This document shows positions 58,130 to 64,000 of a stretch of 64,000 nucleotides of DNA, piece after piece. Positions within the stretch are counted from its first letter, which is position 1. Every line of letters starts with the position of its first letter. The notes under the pieces are model-generated. The model saw only the letters and a list, made by a program, of their open reading frames with translations. It did not search any database and was not told the origin of the DNA. The stretch is taken from assembly GCA_963768855.1 (NCBI GenBank), contig CAVYJM010000006.1, positions 192,001-256,000 on the forward strand, written 5' to 3'. The DNA is from an uncultured Thermoplasmata archaeon (lineage in GTDB: Archaea; Thermoplasmatota; Thermoplasmata; RBG-16-68-12). Made by a program: the position numbers and the translations under genes.

Positions 58130-59359
58130 GTGAATAATTATCTCCCGAGCAGCGGCGCTTCCCACGCGGACGCGATGCGGGCACGCTTAAGTGGCCTCAC
58201 ACCGTTTCGGGGAGGCGTGGCGGCGGGCCTCGTCTACCATCCGGACTACCTGCGGTACGACTTCGGCGGTGACCACGCCCTGCGGCAGCTCCGAGTGCGC
58301 CTGGCCCGCGATCTCATTGCCGACTACGGCCTCCTCAAGGAGGCGGAGGAGATCCTTCCCATCCCCGCAGGGCCGGAGGCGGTTGCCCGCGTCCACACCG
58401 AGGACTACCTGTCCGTCGTGAAAGACCTGAGCGTCCACCCGAAGGGTGCGGCCTACCAGCACGGCTTGGGCACTGCGGACAACCCGGTGTTCGAGGGGAT
58501 GTACGAGGCGACCCTGCTCCACGTCGGCGGGACCCTGCGCGCCTGCGAGGAGGTCGCTTCCGGCCGCCGGACTCGCGCGATGACCCTGGGAGGCGGCTTC
58601 CACCACGCGATGCGCGACAAGGCGTCCGGGTTCTGCATCTTCAACGATGTGGCGGTGGGCATTCAATCCCTCCTGGAGGACCACAAGCTCCGGCGGATCC
58701 TCTATGTCGACATCGACGCCCACCATGCGGACGGCGTCCAGTCAATCTTCTACGAGGATCCGCGCGTCCTCACGATCTCTCTCCACGAGGACGGTCATTA
58801 TCTCTTCCCGGGGACCGGGTTCACGGACGAAATCGGGGCCGGCGAGGGACGTGGGTATGCGGCGAACGTGCCGCTCCCTCCCTACACCCGGGACGTGTCC
58901 TACCTGTACGCGTTCCAGGAGATCGTGCCCCCGCTCGCTCGCGCGTTCAAACCGGAGCTGATCGTCAGCCAGCTCGGCGCGGACGGTCACTATCTCGACC
59001 CGCTCACGCACCTCATGCTCACCACGGAGACCTACGAGGCCGTCGGCATGATGCTCGACGGACTCTCGAAGGAGCTCTGCGGCGGTCGCTGGATCGCGAC
59101 GGGCGGCGGCGGCTACGAGGTCACAGCGGTGCCGCGCGTTTGGACGGTCATGTTCGCCACGATGAACGGCCGCGAGCTCGAGGACGCGCTGCCCGCGGAG
59201 TGGCTCAGGGAGTGCAACCACCTGGCGGGCTCCGTGCCTCCGGACAAGTCGCTGCGGGACCACGTGCACGCGGAGGAGGAGACCCATGTTCCTCGCGCCG
59301 CGAAACGCGTCGTCGACGAGCTCCGCAAAACGCTGTTCCCTCTCCACGGAATCCGGTGA
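58130..59359 (+). CDS. acuC: Histone deacetylase family / acetoin utilization protein AcuC
   Basis: GGGFHHA, SGFCIFND, YVDIDAHHADG, GADGHYLDPL, GGGGY; true start may be downstream. Confidence 0.92.
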   Translation: MNNYLPSSGASHADAMRARLSGLTPFRGGVAAGLVYHPDYLRYDFGGDHALRQLRVRLARDLIADYGLLKEAEEILPIPAGPEAVARVHTEDYLSVVKDLSVHPKGAAYQHGLGTADNPVFEGMYEATLLHVGGTLRACEEVASGRRTRAMTLGGGFHHAMRDKASGFCIFNDVAVGIQSLLEDHKLRRILYVDIDAHHADGVQSIFYEDPRVLTISLHEDGHYLFPGTGFTDEIGAGEGRGYAANVPLPPYTRDVSYLYAFQEIVPPLARAFKPELIVSQLGADGHYLDPLTHLMLTTETYEAVGMMLDGLSKELCGGRWIATGGGGYEVTAVPRVWTVMFATMNGRELEDALPAEWLRECNHLAGSVPPDKSLRDHVHAEEETHVPRAAKRVVDELRKTLFPLHGIR

Positions 59360-59561
59360 GCCGGCGGTTGTCGTCGGACTCGCGAGGGAATCGGGCTCCC
59401 TCCCGGCGTGCGGTCCGGCGAGCGCCGACGCGTCTTCATGCGTTTTTCGGCGGACCTAAACAATTCAAGGTGACGCCGAACCGGGATTTGGCGGGATGTC
59501 GAAGCGAGAACGGCCTTTTTCCCATAGAATCGGCTCGTTCGTCACTCGTTCCACAAAGGGG

Positions 59562-59611
59562 ACAAAAGCTTTAATGTCACACGCGAGTTGCTAACACGGG
59601 ACGGGACAAAG
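59562..59611 (+). promoter_or_regulatory. Archaeal BRE/TATA promoter of arc operon
   Basis: AAAAG-C-TTTAAT at 59563-59575; GGGACAAA direct repeat at 59559 and 59603; GGTGA RBS 6 nt before ATG 59699. Confidence 0.55.
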
Positions 59612-59698
59612 CGCACTGTTCCTCCATAGGCATCCGCGAGGGGAGGTGCCGCCGAGTCCGACCGTCGTTCGCGGGCTGGAACCCGTGGTGATACAAGA

Positions 59699-61258
59699 AT
59701 GACCAACGACGAGGTCGACGAGAAGGTGTCCAAGTCGGCGGAGGATGTGCGCGATGAGTTCGAGGAGAAGATGGACCGGCTCCGTCGCCAGTACGAGCGG
59801 GACCTCCACTCCTTCCGCTACGAGATTGAGGAACGGGAATACCGCCTCAAGGCGTACGAGGACAAGTTCAACAAGATCAAGCAGCCCCCGCTCCTGTACG
59901 CCTACGTCATCCGCAAGGAGGGGCCGGACATGGACGGAAACCAGGTCGTGGTCGCCCGCGCCACAGAGCTCCTGAAGGTCTCCACCGGCCTCGCGGACAA
60001 GACCCAGCTCCAGGTCGGACAGTACGTGTGGGTGCACCCCCAGACCTACGCGATCGTCGAGGGGAGTGCCGTCCGCAACGAGGGAGTGATCGCGAAGGTC
60101 GTGGACATGATCGACGGCAAGCTCGTCGTGTCGGTCGAAGGGGACATGGAGAAGCGCCTCGTGTCGTGCGACAAGTCCGTGTACAAGAAGCTGAAACCCG
60201 GATTCCAGATCAGCGTGCTTCCTCCGACGATGGAGGTCCTCGACATCCTCCCGAACTTGGAGGTGAAGTCTCTCCTCCTCGGGGAGAAGCCGAACGTCTC
60301 CTATGCGGCGATCGGCGGGCTCTCCGAGATGATTGAGCGCATCAAGGACGTCGTGGTCCTGCCCTACCGCGAGGCGAAGCTGTTCGAGCAGATCAAGCTC
60401 GAGGCCCCGCGCGGCATCCTGCTCTACGGCCCGCCGGGCTGCGGCAAGACCCTCCTGGTGAAGGCAATCGCCACGGAGAACGACATGACCTTCTTCAACG
60501 TCAGCATCGCGGACGTCCTCTCGAAGTGGGTGGGGGAGTCCGAGCGGATCATCAAGGAGATTTTCCGCCAGGCCCACGAGAAGAAGCCGAGCATCGTTTT
60601 CTTCGACGAGATCGAGGCCCTCTTCACGGTCCGGGGGATGATGGACACGTCGGGCGTGCACAAGAACATCATCGCTCAGATCCTGAGCGAGATGGACGGC
60701 CTGGTCCGCCTGCATGACGTGTTCGTGATCGGAGCGACGAACCGCGCGGACCTCGTCGACCCCGCGTTGCTGCGGCCCGGACGCTTCGACGAGATCATCG
60801 AGATTCCGAGGCCCGAGCGGGCCGCCGCGGAGGAGATCCTCAAGATTTACCTGACGGACGACCTGCCGCTCGCCGTGGACGTGGTCCAGGAGTACGGCGG
60901 CCGCTCGGAGGCCGCGCAGGGTCTGCGGCGCTTCGTCCTGGACGAGCTCTATGGCGAGAACAAGTGGGTCAAGGTCAAGCTGGACGCCGAGGCGAACGAG
61001 GCGATCAAGACGGTCAAGCGGAAAGACATCATCTCCGGCGCGATCATCGAGGCCATCATCAAGACGGCGAAGAAGAACTACGTGAAGCGTGTGATCGCCC
61101 TGAAGAAGGGCGACCGGAAGAAGGAGGGCCTGACGGCGCGGGACCTCGAGATGGCCATCGAGGAGGAATGCAAGGAGCACGCGATCACGGAGATGTACAT
61201 CTACGAAAAGCGGCAGCGGGAGGTCTTCCGGACCGGCGCGGACCCGATGGTCGGGTGA
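59699..61258 (+). CDS. arc: ARC/Mpa-type proteasomal AAA+ ATPase
   Basis: N-terminal coiled coil, QPP, two OB-like segments, VSYAAIGGL, GPPGCGKT, KWVGE pore loop, FFDEIE, LLRPGRFD, ARC-type insertion and SGAIIEAIIKTAKK helix. Confidence 0.85.
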   Translation: MTNDEVDEKVSKSAEDVRDEFEEKMDRLRRQYERDLHSFRYEIEEREYRLKAYEDKFNKIKQPPLLYAYVIRKEGPDMDGNQVVVARATELLKVSTGLADKTQLQVGQYVWVHPQTYAIVEGSAVRNEGVIAKVVDMIDGKLVVSVEGDMEKRLVSCDKSVYKKLKPGFQISVLPPTMEVLDILPNLEVKSLLLGEKPNVSYAAIGGLSEMIERIKDVVVLPYREAKLFEQIKLEAPRGILLYGPPGCGKTLLVKAIATENDMTFFNVSIADVLSKWVGESERIIKEIFRQAHEKKPSIVFFDEIEALFTVRGMMDTSGVHKNIIAQILSEMDGLVRLHDVFVIGATNRADLVDPALLRPGRFDEIIEIPRPERAAAEEILKIYLTDDLPLAVDVVQEYGGRSEAAQGLRRFVLDELYGENKWVKVKLDAEANEAIKTVKRKDIISGAIIEAIIKTAKKNYVKRVIALKKGDRKKEGLTARDLEMAIEEECKEHAITEMYIYEKRQREVFRTGADPMVG

Positions 61259-61261
61259 GCG

Positions 61262-62560
61262 ATGAAGAAGATGGTCCAGGGGACCGAGCACGAGTACACC
61301 CTGTTCTGTCGCAGGATGGGGTCGATGGGGTTCGATCCCCACACCGTGGCGCTGGATCTGCTCCGCGAGAGCGACCTCCACCTCGCAGGCGAGTACATCA
61401 CGAACGGCTCGCGCGTCTACTACGACGTCGGGCACTTCGAGGTCAGCACGGCCGAGACGACGAACTTCCACGACGTCGTCGTTTGGGAGAAGGCCGGGGA
61501 GAAGGTCCTCGACTGGCTCCGCCGGGTCATGGAGGACAAGTACACGGACGGGTCCACGAAGATCCACGCGTTCAAGAACAACACCTCGCCCGACGGCACG
61601 TCCTACGGATCCCACGAGAACTACTGCGTCGCTCGCGGCGTGCCGTGGCCGGGCCGCTTCGTCCGGGACCTCGTCCCCCATCTCTCGACGCGGGTTATCT
61701 ACACCGGCGCGGGCGACATCATCCGCGGAAAGTACGTCCTGTCGCCGATGGCCTTCCTCACCTCCCAAGTGATCAGCGGGGAGACGATGCACGACACGGG
61801 CATCCTGAACACGCGCGATGAGCCGCATGCGGACGGCCGCCTCTGGCGTCGCCTGCACGTCATCGTGGGGGACGCCCTCATGAACGAGACGGCGATCATG
61901 CTGCGCCACTTCACGACCTCCGCCGTCCTCCAACTCATGGAGGCGGACGGCCTGAGGGACGTGCCCCGACTCAAGGACCCCGTCCGCGACCTGTGGCACA
62001 ATGTCGAGACCCGGATCCCGGACCAGTGGCGGATCGAGCTCGAGGACGGATCCGTCGTGTCTCCGATCGACATCCAGCGGTACTATCTCTCAAAGGTCGA
62101 GCCGCTGGTCGAGGACGCGTGGGAGAAGCGCGCCCTGAAGACCTGGGAGGAGGTCCTCGACGACCTGGAGAACCGGCGGTCGAAGGAGGCCGCCCACCGC
62201 GTCGAGTGGCTGGACCGATGGTTTGCCATCCAGGCCGCCACGGAGGACAAGGAAGGCCCCGACGTCGAGATGATGGCGTGCAAACAGTACTCCGAGATCG
62301 GTGCGGAGCGCTCCCTGTTCTACAAGAGGCAGAGGGAAGGCCTCGTCGACCGGATCACGGACGACGAGACGATCAAGGCCGCGATCACGACGCCACCGGA
62401 CGACACCCGTGCACGTCTTCGCCGGGAACTTTGCGACACCTTCAATATCGAGATGATTGATTGGTCTGTACTGGTCGTGAACGACGGGAGCCGGCGGCGG
62501 ATCGATCTTCCGGATCCGTACGCCACAAAGTTGGAGGCGACCTATGCCACTGCAGGTTGA
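61262..62560 (+). CDS. pafA: Pup-ligase/deamidase (PafA/Dop) family enzyme
   Basis: GTEHEY, TNGSRVYYDVGHFE, FKNN, SYGSHENY, NTRDEPHAD, RRLHVIVGD, PPDDTRARLR, IDW. Confidence 0.93.
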   Translation: MKKMVQGTEHEYTLFCRRMGSMGFDPHTVALDLLRESDLHLAGEYITNGSRVYYDVGHFEVSTAETTNFHDVVVWEKAGEKVLDWLRRVMEDKYTDGSTKIHAFKNNTSPDGTSYGSHENYCVARGVPWPGRFVRDLVPHLSTRVIYTGAGDIIRGKYVLSPMAFLTSQVISGETMHDTGILNTRDEPHADGRLWRRLHVIVGDALMNETAIMLRHFTTSAVLQLMEADGLRDVPRLKDPVRDLWHNVETRIPDQWRIELEDGSVVSPIDIQRYYLSKVEPLVEDAWEKRALKTWEEVLDDLENRRSKEAAHRVEWLDRWFAIQAATEDKEGPDVEMMACKQYSEIGAERSLFYKRQREGLVDRITDDETIKAAITTPPDDTRARLRRELCDTFNIEMIDWSVLVVNDGSRRRIDLPDPYATKLEATYATAG

Positions 62561-62720
62561 GGAGAAGCCGAAGAAGCGCAAGAAGCAGGAGAAGAAGCTA
62601 GAGTTCGAAGCGGGAAAGGTCTTCAGCCCGGGTGAAGTGAAGGAAGAGGACTTCGAGCTCGACCTCGACTCGGCACGGTATCGGGCATCGAAAGGGGAGG
62701 GCGGCGATCGCCGCGCTTGA
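62544..62720 (+). CDS. Pup/UBact-like small charged protein with 6-residue C-terminal extension
   Basis: My translation MPLQVEEKPKKRKKQEKKLEFEAGKVFSPGEVKEEDFELDLDSARYRASKGEGGDRRA*; GGAGG RBS at 62533-62537; overlaps ligase stop; not in ORF track. Confidence 0.7.
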   Translation: MPLQVEEKPKKRKKQEKKLEFEAGKVFSPGEVKEEDFELDLDSARYRASKGEGGDRRA

Positions 62721-62783
62721 ACCCGCCCGCAGCGACCGCACCGGCGTAACTCTTTATGGCCCGCGGCGTTTCCCGCCGCCTGC

Positions 62784-64000
62784 ATGGCCACCCACGTGGA
62801 CACCTTGGAGAACGGCCTCAAGGTGATCCTCCGCCCCATGCCGGACACGAAGGCCCTCTCTTGCTGGGTCACGTACCGCGTCGGCTCCCGCAATGAGGTC
62901 CCCGGCATGACCGGCTCGACGCACTGGGTCGAGCACATGCTGTTCAAGGGAGGCGGGAAGCTCAAGAAGGGCGAGATCGACCGCCTCATCAGCCGGGTCG
63001 GCGGCAAGATGAACGCCTTCACCGACACGGACTTCACGACGTACTTCGAGACAATCCCCGCGTCCGAGATGGACACGGCCCTCATGATCGAGTCCGAACG
63101 GATGCGGAACGCCGCCTTCGATCCGAAGGAGGTCGAGGCGGAGCGGACCGTCGTGATCAGTGAGCGGGAGGGCGCGGAGAACCAGCCCGAATTCCTCGCC
63201 GAGGAGGAGCTCTGGGGCCTCGCCTTCCACGTGCACCCGTACCACTGGACCGCGATCGGGTACAAGCAGGACCTGGCCAAGCTGGACCGCGACCCTCTCT
63301 ACCAGCATTACCTCCGGTACTACGCGCCGAACAACGCGTTCCTCGTCCTCGTGGGCGGCTTCGACCCTGCGGTCGCGATGCAGCACATCCGGGAGTCCTT
63401 CTCGCCCCTGAAGCCCGAGCCGATCCCTCCGGTCATGCGCCTCGTGGAGCCGGAGCAGCACGGGGAGCGCCGGAGTGACCTCGAACGGCCCGGGGCGACG
63501 GACCTCTTCAGCGTCGGCTGGCACATCCCGCCGTTCGTCCACGAGGACACGCCCGCGCTGATCCTCCTCGCGACGATCCTGGGCGGTTGGCATGGGCTCA
63601 CCCCCTTCGCCGCGGGCGACTGGCACTCCCGCTCAAACCGGCTGTACCGTGCGCTCGTCGACGCGAAGCTCGCGACGGACGTCGGCGTGCGGCAGGAGCT
63701 GAAGCTCGACCCCGCGCTCCTGATCGTCAGCGCGACCCTCGCGGGCAAGATTCCGCTGGACCGGGTCGAGCACGTCCTGGACCGCGAGGTGGACCGCCTG
63801 CGCAAGGCCCCGCCCTCCAAGGCGGAGATGGACCGCGCGAAGCGGCAGGTTCGCTCGTGGTACCGCTACGAGCACGACGGGGTGACGTACCAGGGGATGC
63901 TCCTGTCCACGCTCGAGGCCCTCTCCGGCTGGGATGCGGGGGAGGGCATCCTGACGAAGGTCGACCGGCTCCGGCCGAACCACGTGCGGGAGGCCGCGCG
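62784..64000 (+). CDS. M16 family zinc peptidase (pitrilysin-like), truncated by window edge
   Basis: LENGLKV, YRVGSRNE, HWVEH (HxxEH), MNAFT; TTTAT 27 nt upstream; not in ORF track because no stop in window. Confidence 0.92.
   Translation, partial: MATHVDTLENGLKVILRPMPDTKALSCWVTYRVGSRNEVPGMTGSTHWVEHMLFKGGGKLKKGEIDRLISRVGGKMNAFTDTDFTTYFETIPASEMDTALMIESERMRNAAFDPKEVEAERTVVISEREGAENQPEFLAEEELWGLAFHVHPYHWTAIGYKQDLAKLDRDPLYQHYLRYYAPNNAFLVLVGGFDPAVAMQHIRESFSPLKPEPIPPVMRLVEPEQHGERRSDLERPGATDLFSVGWHIPPFVHEDTPALILLATILGGWHGLTPFAAGDWHSRSNRLYRALVDAKLATDVGVRQELKLDPALLIVSATLAGKIPLDRVEHVLDREVDRLRKAPPSKAEMDRAKRQVRSWYRYEHDGVTYQGMLLSTLEALSGWDAGEGILTKVDRLRPNHVREAA

Noticed and set aside
48355-59359. Acyl-CoA ligase / deacetylase acetylation-switch locus
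   Set aside because: Genes are ~8 kb apart with unrelated genes between; the ADP-forming ligase is not the classic AcuA/AcuC target
59646-59702. 18-codon GTG uORF overlapping the arc start
   Set aside because: Its only SD-like sequence overlaps its own start; arc has its own GGTGA RBS
59699-61258. ATPase as ordinary PAN or Cdc48
   Set aside because: It has a single AAA module, two OB-like segments and the ARC-type insertion, and is coupled to a PafA/Dop gene
59591-61999. 802-aa minus-strand ORF and similar long antisense ORFs (e.g. 8764-10626, 37585-39504, 44169-46049)
   Set aside because: Shadows of real genes on the opposite strand; high GC suppresses stop codons; no motifs

Overview
High-GC archaeal chromosome segment, most plausibly class Thermoplasmata. 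This is an inference from GatD/GatE, an archaeal RPA pair, a Thermoplasma-type zinc ferredoxin, TATA/BRE promoters and GG(A/T)G-type ribosome-binding sites. Most of the window is housekeeping and metabolic genes. I found no rRNA, tRNA, CRISPR array or mobile element. Two regions stand out. (1) 59.7-62.7 kb holds a compact bacterial-type pupylation module in an archaeal context: an ARC/Mpa-type AAA ATPase, a single PafA/Dop-family enzyme with mixed signatures, and a 58-aa charged ORF missing from the ORF track that resembles Pup/UBact but continues past its GE motif (…RYRASKGE-GGDRRA). No proteasome core genes are adjacent. (2) 28.2-46.0 kb holds a giant (~5,100 aa once four frameshifts are repaired) surface protein with a single TM helix, a cytoplasmic longin/roadblock-like domain and a ~1,400-aa coiled coil. 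It is preceded by two soluble paralogues that share that domain and specific coiled-coil motifs. There are also several unannotated micro-ORFs, a DtxR-FTR1 iron module with a candidate operator, and a frameshifted threonine-synthase-like gene. All family assignments come from motif recognition by eye; no searches were run. Start codons were re-chosen by eye and some are uncertain.
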